DNA from: Verrucomicrobiales bacterium
Lineage (GTDB): Bacteria; Verrucomicrobiota; Verrucomicrobiia; Verrucomicrobiales; V1-33
Length of the DNA stretch: 64,000 bases
Direction of reading: 5' to 3'
NCBI GenBank assembly: GCA_031411295.1
Contig: JANOAV010000010.1
Location: 1-64,000 of the forward strand
The notes under the pieces were generated by a model. That model did not search any database and was not told where the DNA came from. It worked only from the letters and a program-made list of their open reading frames with translations. This document shows, piece by piece, positions 1 through 11,700 of this stretch. A program made the translations under genes and the position numbers. The stretch's first letter is position 1. Each line of letters begins with the position of its first letter.

Positions 1-140
1 AGTTCGGAGCCAGTCTGCCTAGCGCAGGACGGCGTTGGCATCAACGGCGCATGGCAGGGACGCTGGCGTATGGTGATTCGTAGCGGTGGCAGGATGGGAA
101 AATCGCGCTGGTCATCACGCGGAGCGATGATGACTACTTT
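1..140 (-). repeat. ~150-bp dispersed intergenic element with GTAG-type REP-like hairpin (copy A, truncated by window start)
   Basis: 96-140 is the reverse complement of 32137-32181 with one mismatch. Weaker similarity continues to position 1. Hairpin GTCATCA-CGC-GGA-GCG-A-TGATGAC is followed by TAC (GTAG on the minus strand). Confidence 0.8.
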
Positions 141-148
141 AAGCCGCC

Positions 149-439
149 GTAGTTTGGGGCTTCAGCCCGTAGAACCCTCCCCGTGAATCAGACATCTGAA
201 TTCGCTCGGGACATTTCTGCGGGCTTTCGCGAGCATTAGCCCGACAGGATCACGCGCCGAATGCTGCTGTCGGCCGGAAGGCGCCTAAAGGCTGGACACC
301 AACGGATGTTCCACTTCCTGTCCAAGTTAATTTCGCCCCCTATTCTGTTCCAAACTCCATGCCCGGGTCCAAGAACGCACGCATCCATCAATCGCTGGGT
401 TAGGGGCTGAAGGCATGAGGCTGAAACCCCAAAAACTAC
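149..439. repeat. Inverted pair of GTAG-led REP-like sequences
   Basis: GTAGTTTGGGGCTTCAGCCC at 149-168 (+) and GTAGTTTTTGGGGTTTCAGCC at 439-419 (-). A third small hairpin, GCCTAAAGGC, lies near 283-292. Confidence 0.55.
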
Positions 440-537
440 TTTCAGGGAGGACAATTTCCTGCTTCCCAAACCGGTTAATTTAGCTTCCACTGGCTGACAT
501 TCGTCGGTATTTGTTTTCAACCGTGCTTTCTGTTTCC

Positions 538-1014
538 ATGAAAATTGCCATTTACCCTGGTAGCTTCGATCCCATTACCAACGGCCATCTGGATATTATC
601 CGGCGGGCCAGCCGCTTGTTTGATCGGCTGCTGATTGCGGTGGCGCGGAATAGTGAGAAGCACGGATTATTCACCGTGGCGGAGCGCATGGAGTTGATCG
701 CAGGGCTAAACCTGGGGCCCAACGTGGAGGTGGTCACCTTCGATGGGCTGTTGGTGGACTTCGCGCAACAGACGGAGGCATCGGCTATTGTCAGGGGGTT
801 GCGGGCGGTGACAGATTTCGAGTATGAATTCCAGATGGCGCTGATGAATCGGCGGCTGCAACCGGAGGTGGAAACGGTCTTCCTGACGGCTCGGGAAGAA
901 TATACTTACCTGAGTTCCAAGCTCATCAAAGAGGTTGCCAGTCTGGGGGGAAACATTTCCACGTTTGTTCCTGCGGCCGTGGCGGCAGCATTGCAGGAGC
1001 GGTTGGGGAAATAG
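538..1014 (+). CDS. coaD: Pantetheine-phosphate adenylyltransferase
   Basis: YPGSFDPITNGHLDII, RGLRAVTDFEYE and SSKLIKEV motifs. ATG at 538 preferred over TTG at 511. Confidence 0.97.
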   Translation: MKIAIYPGSFDPITNGHLDIIRRASRLFDRLLIAVARNSEKHGLFTVAERMELIAGLNLGPNVEVVTFDGLLVDFAQQTEASAIVRGLRAVTDFEYEFQMALMNRRLQPEVETVFLTAREEYTYLSSKLIKEVASLGGNISTFVPAAVAAALQERLGK

Positions 1015-1041
1015 AGTCTGGTGGACATCAATGGACTGGTA

Positions 1042-1257
1042 TCAGGGTGGCGACACCAACGCAACCTGAGTAGCTTCCGTGACCGCACGCGGGGTAATCA
1101 TTTCCCGATCCACTGGCACCGGTCCGCCCTCGACTTGTTCCATCACGGCTGCGTAGGGTTTCCAGTTGAGATCCCCCAGGCGTTGCCGGGTGCCGAGCTT
1201 CTCTCCGGTGGCCTGCAGGAACGCTTTGTAAATCAACTCTGAGCAGTAGATGATTAT
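1042..1257 (-). pseudogene. 3' remnant of a YiiX/YebB-like permuted papain-like (NlpC/P60) amidase
   Basis: In frame directly after the CotH gene stop it reads IIIYCSELIYKAF...MITP. YCSEL is the catalytic-Cys motif of permuted NlpC/P60 enzymes. There is no start codon before the motif and no N-terminal His half. Confidence 0.65.
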
Positions 1258-4200
1258 TTATTTCACCGCCGTGGCCCGCAGGAAGCGGCGGGGATGAGTT
1301 TCCCGGGTGGCGGTGTCGCGATAGGTGACTTGTTCCAAGTTGTTGCCGAGATCGGTGGTGGTGGCGGTGGGGCTGGTTAGTGGGCTCCAGTTGGGGGCCT
1401 CGAGATCGTCGCTGGCTTCGATGGTGTAGGCGACATCAAGGGCGTTCTTGGGGCGTTTGAAAGTAATGGTGAGGAAACTGTCTGCGCCCACGGTCACGAC
1501 GCTGCTGGTGGGGGCTCCGGCGGCGTTTTGGGATTTGGGATCGGTGGCGAAGGCGTATTCGTTGAAGTTGGTGAGGCCATCACCATCGGGGTCTTGTTCG
1601 AGGGCGGCGGGGAGGTTCGGATCTACCAGGGTAGGGAGTTCCGCTGCGGTGAATCGGCTGAGGCGCCAGCCTTCATAGACTTGGGAGTAAGCGGTATCTG
1701 GTGCGTTAGGGGTGCCGTTGCTAGGAGCGCTCAGTGCCCAGGTGCTGGGCAGGCTGTAGTCGGTGTAGGCGGGGTTGGCGCTGGTGGTGACCAGACTGCG
1801 ATAGGTGCCGAGGGGCACGGGATACCAGTTGTTATCGTAAGTGAATTCGAGGACTTCTTCGCCCACGGAATCGACGAGTCGGAGCAGTTCTCCGCCGTTG
1901 TTGAGGCTGCCGGTAAATTCCCCTGCGATAGGGTATCCAGTCCCGTAGCGCACTTCGAATGCGCTCTGACTGGCGACGACTAAGCAGCGTTGGCCCGCAG
2001 CTAAATTATAGGGCGTGGGGAAGGTGAATTCGATGCCTTCCTCGAAATGAGCGCCCGCAAGATTCATGGTGGTGGTGCCGGTGTTGGTCAGTTCGACGAA
2101 TTCGAAATCGCCCCCGAGAAGTCCGGGGAGCGCTGCGAGTTCTCCCGCCGTGGCCGGGGCGGGCTCGTAGTTCAGTTCTGTGATGCGGAGGAAATTTTGC
2201 TGGTTGGTGGCCACGCCCGTGTAGGTTTGGGTGACGACAGGGGTGTAGCCCAACGCGGGGTTGAGCGGATCGTTAGGGCGATTGAGGACCACGGTGCCGC
2301 CGCGTGCGGAAAGTTGGTGATTGTAGGGCCCAGCCACTTGGCGGTATTCGTTTACCATCGGCGTGGTGGTGCGGGAGCGGAAGCCTTGGGGCTTGTTGGC
2401 GACAATGAGTTGGTTCACGTAGGCGGCGTTCGTGGATTGGCTGGTGACGGTGCCAGCAGCGGGAATGACCGTGCCGCCTTTAAATAACATTTCCACCGAG
2501 CCACTGAGCGTCCAGCCGGAGATATCGACCGCGTAGTTGTTGGGATTACGAATGATGAAATATTCCTGGTCCTGAGTGCCAGCGGCGGGGTTGTAGTCGA
2601 GCCCTTCAATGACCAGCGGGGGATTGAGCGGTTGGCTGCTGGGGAGAGCGGCGGTGGCGGCAGGGAAACTGAGCCCTGCGCTAATGGGAGGCGTGGTGTT
2701 GAAGAAGAACGCGCGGCGGCCGGGGATAAATGGGAGCAGGCTGGTGGAGCCATCACCCCAGGCCGCATAAGGCGCGGCGGTGCCGGGGTTGGGGGGCACG
2801 GGATTGGATGAAGTGATGCGCAGGGCTTGGGGACGCACGGTGTGGTTGAGCACGTTGGCATCCGTGTAGGGCACGGCGGTTCCGCTGCCGTCCACGAAGT
2901 ATCCCCAAGCACGCATATCCAAGTCCGCGTCATCCGTGCCGGTGGCAGGGTTATTTGGGTTCGGGTCGATCTGGTTGATGATACTGTTGATGCGTTGTTC
3001 CCAAGGACCGTCGGTGGCGGTGGCGGAAACAAAGAACTGATCTGCCAGGGTGCGCAGACGACGGACGAACATATTGTTCAGTTCTGGGGTATTATAAACA
3101 ATGTTGATCAGACGGTTGGTGTTCACGCCGATTTGCAACGGCCCCTGGCTGTGGATGTCATCGTCGAAATAATTCTGGGTGGCATTCCAGGTATGGCCGA
3201 GGCCCAAGTCCTGATCCCACGGGAGCAGGCTCCATTCTCCAGTGCCGTGCGTGTCCCGGTAAATATAGTAATTCTTGTGCCCGAAGTCCCGGCTCAGCAG
3301 GATGGAGTGGGTGGCGAGCAAGTTAATGAGGGAAGCGAGATCGGCGTTGTCGTAGGCGAATTTCAGACGATTCGACATGCTGTTCGTGTCGGCAATGCCG
3401 GCCACGAAGATGGCGAGGTCACTGCTGTCGCCATCGTTAGGATTTTTCTTTTCCACGCTGGCATTGTTGGTCGTGATGGTGGCGGATTCCAGTTGGTTGT
3501 AAACTTTATACAGTGCCCCGGCATCGTCCAAATGTTCCCGATCCAGCCATGATGCGTTGGCGTTCTCCACGAGATCGTAGAGACCCTTGAAGGCGCCATT
3601 TTGCTGCACGCGGACGAGGGTGTCGTAGTGCGACGCGAGGTGATAGGTCTTTTCCCAAGTCCACCAGGCGACGGGATCGCGCACTTTGGTTTTGTCCGCG
3701 TAGTTAGTCAGCAGATTAACGCCGGCCGTTTCTGGTTCATCGTCTTTCCAGAGAAATTTATTGTCTTTGCTGAAGCTGAGGTCGTGGCTCTTCTTGGGGA
3801 AGCCGCCGGAGGATTGGCCGTGGAGATTGACGAGCACGTTGTCGTAGAAACGTGGCTTGGGCGGAGTGTAACCAATGCCGGGAGCGTCCTTGGACAGCGG
3901 TTGCCAGAAGAAGGAGCAGCGGGTGCCGGGATTGGTGGTGTTGGGCACGGAATTGCTGCCAGTGTTGTCGGTGCCGGTGAGGAACCAGTAGAGGACCGGC
4001 AAATTCGTGGTGCCAACCAATGTGGGCACGGCCATGGTGCCGAAGTATTGTTCGGACTCGATAGCTTGGTCCACGACGGGTGGATTGGCAGGCGGGGTGC
4101 TGATGGAAAATCCAGGGTAGGGTGGATCGTAGCTATAGTTAGGGACGGCGGCGGCATCCTTCACTTCGATGCGCCAACGGATCATTTGCCCGGCCGTCAT

Positions 4201-5529
4201 GGCGGTGGTGGGGATGGAGGCGGTGTAAATTTTATCGTTAGCTACGAGGTCTCCGCCAGTGCCATTATCCAGCATGACGACGGATGTTTCGGTGCCGTAT
4301 TGGATGCGATATTTCAGGGTCACGGGATCCACGGCTGCGAGTGCATTGAGCGTGCTGGAAACTTTGGTGGTGATGAGCAGCGGAGCACTCCCTGCGCCCC
4401 CCACGGGCTGGGCGGGTTTGTCGGTGGTATCACTGATGGATGCGCCGACGGCGGTTTTGATGGGTGAGTTTACCAAGCCACGGGTGGCAGTGGAAAGATA
4501 CCCAGTGCCGGAGATGACGTAGGTATCGATCTCGAGTTGCGGCCGCAGCAGGGCATTGGCATTGCTGGCGCTGCTGTTGAGCAACTGGAAAGCCAGCACG
4601 TTGGTGCCGGAGACCAACAGGCTGGGTCCGTTGGCAGGAGTGGTGGTGGTGGCGGTGCCTGCGGTGCCGTCCGTCTTGTCGGAAGTGGCAGCACTGTTCC
4701 AGAGTAGTGGGGAGGGATCACGATCGTTGGCGATTTTGGTGCCGTTTAAGTAAGCCACATAGCCATCGTCATACTTCACTTTGACCCGCAGCGCGCTGAT
4801 GGATCCGCTGGGTGGAGTGAAGGTGTAGCGGATGAAGCAGGAGGCGTTGAGGTTAAGCATCATGGTGCCGACGTTGCCACCGGAACCAAGAATGCCGGTA
4901 AATGGACTCCCGAAGCCGAAGCCCGCTCCGGACTGCCACGTGGCATCATTGAAGGTGGGGGAGGAGTTCCAGTTGACGAAGTTGGTGGTAAAATCACTCT
5001 CACTGGTGGGAACCTTGGCTTTGCCAGGAGCCGCAGTGGGAGCGTCTGAGAGAATGATGTTGGCAGTGACCGCAGCCGCAATGCCGTAGGTGCCGTTGGG
5101 AAATTGGCCGGGATAATTATAGGAATGCTCGATGGTGACGCCGTCTGGTTTAACCAATGCCAAGAAGCCAGCGGCCGAACTGAGTTTGAAATTGGTGTGA
5201 AGTTTGGTGGCGAAGAGTTTCCGGTTCTTGCCGGAGGCCCAGACCGTGATGCGCGAACCGCCGGCAAGCGTAACCGCTGGGGTGATGGCGGGAAATTGCC
5301 ATTTGCGAAGGTTGGCGGCATCGTCCGTGAGATACCACCCGTTCAGGCTGGCGGATCCTGCGCCACCGTTTTGAAGTTCGATCCAGTCGGAGTGTTTGGC
5401 ATCGTCATCGACATCGGCACTGTTGACGTTGTTGGCCATGAATTCGCTGATGACGAATTGGGCCTGCACAGAGTTGGTGCAGGCCAAGATCAGGAGGGCG
5501 AGGAAGCCGCTGCGGACGAGGGTTTTCAT
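1258..5529 (-). CDS. Secreted lamin-tail-domain/CotH kinase family protein
   Basis: Signal peptide; lamin-tail-like repeats (VISEFMA..DWIEL, ITELNY..EFVEL); CotH motifs (KNYYIY, PWDQD); C-terminal DPDGDGLTNFNEY and a ...RRFLR tail. Start assigned to ATG 5529. Confidence 0.85.
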   Translation of the reverse strand: MKTLVRSGFLALLILACTNSVQAQFVISEFMANNVNSADVDDDAKHSDWIELQNGGAGSASLNGWYLTDDAANLRKWQFPAITPAVTLAGGSRITVWASGKNRKLFATKLHTNFKLSSAAGFLALVKPDGVTIEHSYNYPGQFPNGTYGIAAAVTANIILSDAPTAAPGKAKVPTSESDFTTNFVNWNSSPTFNDATWQSGAGFGFGSPFTGILGSGGNVGTMMLNLNASCFIRYTFTPPSGSISALRVKVKYDDGYVAYLNGTKIANDRDPSPLLWNSAATSDKTDGTAGTATTTTPANGPSLLVSGTNVLAFQLLNSSASNANALLRPQLEIDTYVISGTGYLSTATRGLVNSPIKTAVGASISDTTDKPAQPVGGAGSAPLLITTKVSSTLNALAAVDPVTLKYRIQYGTETSVVMLDNGTGGDLVANDKIYTASIPTTAMTAGQMIRWRIEVKDAAAVPNYSYDPPYPGFSISTPPANPPVVDQAIESEQYFGTMAVPTLVGTTNLPVLYWFLTGTDNTGSNSVPNTTNPGTRCSFFWQPLSKDAPGIGYTPPKPRFYDNVLVNLHGQSSGGFPKKSHDLSFSKDNKFLWKDDEPETAGVNLLTNYADKTKVRDPVAWWTWEKTYHLASHYDTLVRVQQNGAFKGLYDLVENANASWLDREHLDDAGALYKVYNQLESATITTNNASVEKKNPNDGDSSDLAIFVAGIADTNSMSNRLKFAYDNADLASLINLLATHSILLSRDFGHKNYYIYRDTHGTGEWSLLPWDQDLGLGHTWNATQNYFDDDIHSQGPLQIGVNTNRLINIVYNTPELNNMFVRRLRTLADQFFVSATATDGPWEQRINSIINQIDPNPNNPATGTDDADLDMRAWGYFVDGSGTAVPYTDANVLNHTVRPQALRITSSNPVPPNPGTAAPYAAWGDGSTSLLPFIPGRRAFFFNTTPPISAGLSFPAATAALPSSQPLNPPLVIEGLDYNPAAGTQDQEYFIIRNPNNYAVDISGWTLSGSVEMLFKGGTVIPAAGTVTSQSTNAAYVNQLIVANKPQGFRSRTTTPMVNEYRQVAGPYNHQLSARGGTVVLNRPNDPLNPALGYTPVVTQTYTGVATNQQNFLRITELNYEPAPATAGELAALPGLLGGDFEFVELTNTGTTTMNLAGAHFEEGIEFTFPTPYNLAAGQRCLVVASQSAFEVRYGTGYPIAGEFTGSLNNGGELLRLVDSVGEEVLEFTYDNNWYPVPLGTYRSLVTTSANPAYTDYSLPSTWALSAPSNGTPNAPDTAYSQVYEGWRLSRFTAAELPTLVDPNLPAALEQDPDGDGLTNFNEYAFATDPKSQNAAGAPTSSVVTVGADSFLTITFKRPKNALDVAYTIEASDDLEAPNWSPLTSPTATTTDLGNNLEQVTYRDTATRETHPRRFLRATAVK

Positions 5530-5724
5530 TAGGGATGGAGGGGTTTCAAGAGATAAGCGAGTTCGTTTTACCAAAAATCAGCCGGATTGCGCAAGCTCGG
5601 ATTTTTTTACATAAGAGAAAATTTTCCGCCCATTTTTGATTGGGAGGAAAAAAAATATTGCGACCCATCGTGAAATTTGATTAAAAGGCAGGAAGAGCCC
5701 TCCCCTAAACCCTCGACTCCCCCT

Positions 5725-8700
5725 ATGAAAACTCGCGCCCAAACTCCTCATTTTGCCGCACTGCTGATCGCAGCTGGCATCCTCATTCCTTGGCAAATAG
5801 CCCCTGCGGCACCCATTTATTGGGATGGAACCTTAACTGACTGGGGCGCGCTGGGATCTTGGTCCACGGCGGTGGGGGCGACGACTCCAGATCCCGCAGC
5901 ATTGCCTGGCACGGCGGATATTGCGACGTTCTCCATTTCCACTGTGACGACTGCGCAGACGGTGAATTTAAATGGTGCCAGGTCCGTGTTAGGGCTGTCA
6001 TTTCTTGGAACAAATACCGCCACCACCACGTTATTAGGAGGGAGTGCTGCGCAGACGCTAACCTTGGGCGCATCTGGAATCACGATGGCCTCCGGAGCAG
6101 GTGCCGTAACGATTGGTTCTGCCACGGCTGCGCAGAATGTGAACATCGCACTGGGTGCAGCCCAGACGTGGCAGGTGGATTCTGCGAACCCGCTGACGGT
6201 GTTAAACATCGTTTCCGGAGCCAATAGCATCACCAAAACTGGCACTGGCACGCTGGTCCTTTCCGGTGCCAATACCTACACTGGTGGCACTGTGATTAAC
6301 GCTGGCAACGTGCGCGCCACGGTGGCGGGCGCGCTGGGCACAGGGACTGTGACCTTGGGCGGGGGCACGCTTACGCTGGCCAATGATGCAGCCACGGCAT
6401 TCAATCGGGCCGTCACGGTCAGTGCAAATTCCACCATCACCTCTGACCGGGTGGCGGCGGGAGCAGGGGTGGCGCACACGCTCACAACCTTGAGCATCGG
6501 AGCGCGGACGCTGACCGTGACCCGTGGTGCGCAGGCAACTTCCGGAACAGGTGGGGTGACATTTAGTGGTGCCACGACCTTAACTGGGGCGGCCGTCTTC
6601 GATCCGCTGATCAATACCAACTTGACCCTGACAGGGGTTGTTTCCGGGGCGTTTGGTCTAACCAAGGGTGCTGGCTTGGCCACTGCCACGGGCTCACTCA
6701 CACTGAACGGAGCCAATACCTATACGGGCGTCACCACGGTAAATGGGGGTGCGTTGGTGGCAGGAAATGCCGCATCTCTGGGCACCAACAGCAGCGTGGT
6801 GCTGCAAGCGGTGGCTAATGCAAATTTGTCCACTCTGGACATCCGCACGAACATGGGCACGGGCAAGACGCTGACCATGAACACCAACACCACCGGTGAT
6901 CTGCGCTCCAATCTGACGGTGGGCGCTGCGGTGGGGGCGACGTGGCAGGGGAATGTTGCCGTGGCTGGCTCGGGCTTTGCCATGGCGCAGGCGATTGCTG
7001 GTGGCACGTTGACCATTGCAGGAAATCTTACTTCCTCTGGCGGGGGCACCACGGGATCTTTTGCCGCCCGCGGTGCGGGCACGGTGGTGATTAATGGAAA
7101 TGTGAATTTCGGGACGGACCGGAGTTTCTCCCACACGGACGCGGGCACGGTGATCATCAATTCTACGGGTAACACTTGGAGGTCCACCCAAATCTCCGTT
7201 GGGCAGATGCAGAATGGCATTAACAACGCGTTGGATTCAGCGGCGGATCTTGTGATTGGCCAGAACGATGCCACCAGCAATGGCCGCTATGAATTGAACG
7301 GCTTCAACCAAACGGTGGCGGCTCTGCGCACGTTCACCACTTCCACGGCCCCTGCCCATATCATCAAGAACTCCAACCTCGCTTCCCCCAGCACGCTGAC
7401 ATTTTCCAATGCGGCCACGGAGGTATTGAAAAACACGCAGGTTCAGGGGATCGGATCGCTAACATTGACAAAAAATGGGGCTGGGCGTTTTGAGTTGCAG
7501 GATAATCGGCTCGATAATGCAGCCATCAAGGTCAATGCTGGCACGCTGGCATTTACGGGCACTGCGAACGTGAATGTGAAGCCGAACATCACGGGATTGG
7601 CAGCGGCCACGATCGATAAGGCCGGCACGGGCAGCGTGAACTTGTTGGGCACTTACAATCATGCCGGGCCAACCACCGTTTCGGTGGGATCGCTCACGCT
7701 GGGCGCTGGCACGGCCGGGTCCATCACCGTGGCCGCCGGAGCCACGTTGGGCGCTGGATTAAACTATACTTCACTGACTTCTGGCGCGGTCACTTTCGGC
7801 ACCGGAGCGACGACATTTAAACCGGTGCTAGGTTTCCCAGGCGGGTCTCCGGTGATTGCAGCCACGACCTTGACGGCCAGCGGCACCACGACGGTAACTC
7901 CGCTGGGAGCCGGGCTCTTCCCCGGAACCTTCCCGCTGATTACCTATACTGGCGGAAGTATCGCTGGAAACGGTTTCGGAGCCTTCACGTTGGGTGCGGC
8001 TGGCACCTATCCCCACATGACCGCTGCGCTGGATAATAGCACGGTGGGCAGCTTGGATCTCATCGTTTCGGCTACGGACAGCCTAACCTGGACCGGTCTC
8101 ACGAATGGCACTTGGGACACCAATACGACCGCTAATTTCAAGCTGGATTCCGACAGTAGTGCTGCGCCATTTTACACGGGTGATTCGGTCACCTTCAACG
8201 ATTCCGGGATCAACAAAACGATCACCACCACGGGTGCCGTGATTGGAAATCTCACCTTCGACAACAGCATCGGAAACGATTATACCGTGACCGGAGTTCT
8301 GACTGGAAACGGCGGCATCTCGAAGAGCAACACTGGCACGGCCACCTTGGCCAGTGCCAACTCCTTTATCGGACCGATCGATGTCACGGGCGGCACGTTG
8401 GTGCTAGGCGGGGCAAACGTCGGCCACGGGGCCGTCAATATTCAGAGCGGCGGCACGCTTAAGCTGGGAAATGCCGCTGCCATCTCCAGTGGTGCCATGG
8501 TGACCATCTCCGCCGGCGGCACGCTGGACTTCAATGGTGCGGGCCCCACGGCCGCGGTGACTCCGTTGATTCCTGAAGTGCATGCGTCTGGCGCTGGCGT
8601 GGGCGGACTTGGTGCTATCACGAACACGGGCGGGGCCATCACGAACCTGAGTTCAATGGCCAAGCTGGTGCTGGACGGTGACATTTCCTGGGGCAGCACC

Positions 8701-11700
8701 GTGCGCAACGATTTGCCTAACACAGTTACGTTGGTGGGCAATGGGAAGACAATTACCAAGGTGGGAGCCGGGGAGACCTGGTTCTTCCCCACCATCACCT
8801 CTCAGCCGGGGGCTATCGTGGTGAACGGTGGCACATTCGGGGTGCAGACGACGAATCCTCTGGCGGCTAACGTGCCAGTTACCGTAAACACGGGCGCATT
8901 TCATTCCCTGTATTCCGCGATTACCGTGCAACACCCTGTCACCATCAACGATGGAGGCACCCTGAGGGCTACCAATGCGACTCCGATTATTTCGGGTCTG
9001 GTCACCATCAACGACAACGCCACCGCCAATCACTTCCTAACCGCCGCTTCTGCCACCACGCTCAATGTGACGGGCAAGGTGACAGGGCAGGGCGGATTCA
9101 CCCATAACACGGCAGGCACGCTGACGCTGCAAAATGCAGGCAACGATTATCTGGGCGATACCGTGATCACTGCGGGCACGCTCAGTTTCGCCAACGGCGG
9201 GCAGATTCCGGTGGCGACTAACTTAGTGGTCAGCGGCGGCACGTTTGCTACGGGCGGAATTAACCGCACGGTGGGAAGCCTCTCCGGCACGGGCGGCACC
9301 ATTTCCGGGGGCGGTATCCTGACAGTAAATCAGAGCACGAACACGAGTTCCGCTGCCACGATTACCTCAACTGCGCTAACCAAAAACGGAGCGGGTATTC
9401 TGACGTTGGCTGGCGCGGCGGATAATGGTGGTGCGGCAGGCATTGGCACGGTGAATGCAGGCACGCTGGTGCTTGCGAAGACACATACGGCGGCTCTGGC
9501 AGAACATGCCTTCGGCGGCGGGCTGATCATTAACAATGGTGGGACGGTGCAAATCGGCGGCGTTTCGGTGGGACCATTCACGGGCACGGCTGTGAACTTG
9601 GCACCAACGGGTGCAGTGGTTGGTCAGTATGTGGATCAAATTTACAACAATGTGACCGTGGCGCTGAATACCGGTGGCACGCTGGATCTCGCTGGCAAGA
9701 GCGAGGGAGTGCAGGGCCTGACGGGCGGCGGGACGGTGACTAACAGCGTGGCGGCCACCACTAGCCGACTCTATCTGGGTAGCGCTGGCGGCACGAATGT
9801 GAGCGGGAATTTCGCTGGCCTGATTCAAGATGGCGCAGGCGTGGTGGAAGTGGAGAAGTTGGGTGCCGCCACCATGGTGCTGGCGGGAAATAATACTTAC
9901 ACCGGTGCCACGGTCGTCACTGGCGGCACGTTGCAAAACACTGGCACGCTGGGAAATACCACCGTGACAGTCGGCACTGGGGCGACTTACCTTGCCAGTG
10001 CAGCGCTCGGCGGCAATGTGGTGGTAAACACCGGAGGCACGGCCACAGCCAATGCGGCCATCGCTGGCAATGCCACCGTGGCCGGCACATTTAATTCCAA
10101 CGTGAACCTCGGCGGCAACGTGACGGTAAATACCGGCGGGGTCTTCAATCCGGCTACGGCAACCACTGTGGCAGGTCTGACAACCCTGAGCGGCGGCACG
10201 TTGAATGTCGGTGGCAACTCCAGCGGCACCGTGGCCTCCACGTTAACCACCGGCAGTTTAACCCTGGCTGGTGGCACGTTGAACGTTGATTTCACCGGCG
10301 CCGTGGCGGACCAGATCACCAGCACCGTTAGCAACGGACTCACCATCAACGGAGCGAATACGGTCAATGTGGCCGTAGGGCCTGCGGGCTGGGTTAGCGG
10401 CATCTATCCACTGTTGAATTACGCTGGCGCGGTGCAAGGCACGGGAGCCAGCGCGTTGACGCTCAGCGGATCCGCTGGCCACAGCACTGCCGCCATCGTG
10501 GACAACGGAACGGGCATCATTAACCTGCAAGTGACAGGCGCTGGCAATACCGTCTGGGTGGGCGGAGCAGGCAATGCCTGGGACACGAACACGACCCTCA
10601 ATTGGGCTTCTTCCGACAACAAATTCCTCGCTGGTGATGTGGCCTTGTTTGATGACACTGCCACGACCTACACCCCCAGCATCGCCACCGCAGTCTCGCC
10701 TGCGGCCACGCTTTTCAATGGCGCTAACAACTACACGCTCTCTGGTGCGGCGGGGATCGCAGGCGCTGGCAGCCTTACGAAACAGGGCACCAGCACGGTA
10801 ACGTTGGTGAATCCCAACACCTACACCGGAGCCACCAACGTCCAAGGCGGCACGCTCGTCGCCAACTACAACGCAGGGGCTGCCGTTACCGTATTGGCCA
10901 CGGCCAGCGCGGTTAACGTTTCCTCCGGTGCCACTTTCCGCGCCATTACCAATGATGCTGCCTTCACGCTCAGTAATCCGCTAGCTGGCACTGGCACCGT
11001 GGAATTAAATGCTCACGCCACCGCTGGCACCACAGCCTTGGCCATCACGCTCAACGGAGCCAACAATAATTTCTCCGGCACCCTGCGACTGCTCGCACCA
11101 GCTGCGGCAACTTATCGTGTGGCACCCTCCGGTCCCGCTGCGCTGGGAACTGCTGCCATCGATGTCAAATCGGGTGCTCAGATCTTTCTCCCAGCCAGCA
11201 CCTACACCAATAACCTAACCATTGCTGGCACTGGCTACGTGGATGCCAACGGCAATATTGGCGCGCTGCGGATGGAGGGCTCAACATGGGCGGGAAATAT
11301 CGTGGTGGATGCCGCGGGCGCCCGCATCGGTTCCCACGGAGGCACTGGCATTGTTAGCGGTAATATTTCTGGTGGCAATCTCAGCGTCAATGCCACCAAC
11401 TATAACACTACCAGCTACACCTCGATCTTCACGGGCACCAATAGCTACGGGACCACCACCATTGGTGGCCAGGCCACCGCAGGCACTGGCACCAACTCCA
11501 TGCGACTGAACATCGGGGCTAACGGCACCACTGGAACTCTTGGAACCGGAGCGGTTACCATCAATGGCGACGGCATGAATGGAGTGCTGTCCTTTGATCG
11601 CTCGGATGGGTATTCCCTGCTCCCTGGTCAAACCATTACGGGCGCAGGCACTACCCTGACCCGCACGTTCATCGAGTTTGATACTCAAGGCACCGGCTTC

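Noticed and set aside
236..520. 94-aa minus-strand ORF
   Set aside because: It runs through REP-like repeats, has no motifs and crowds the coaD promoter region.
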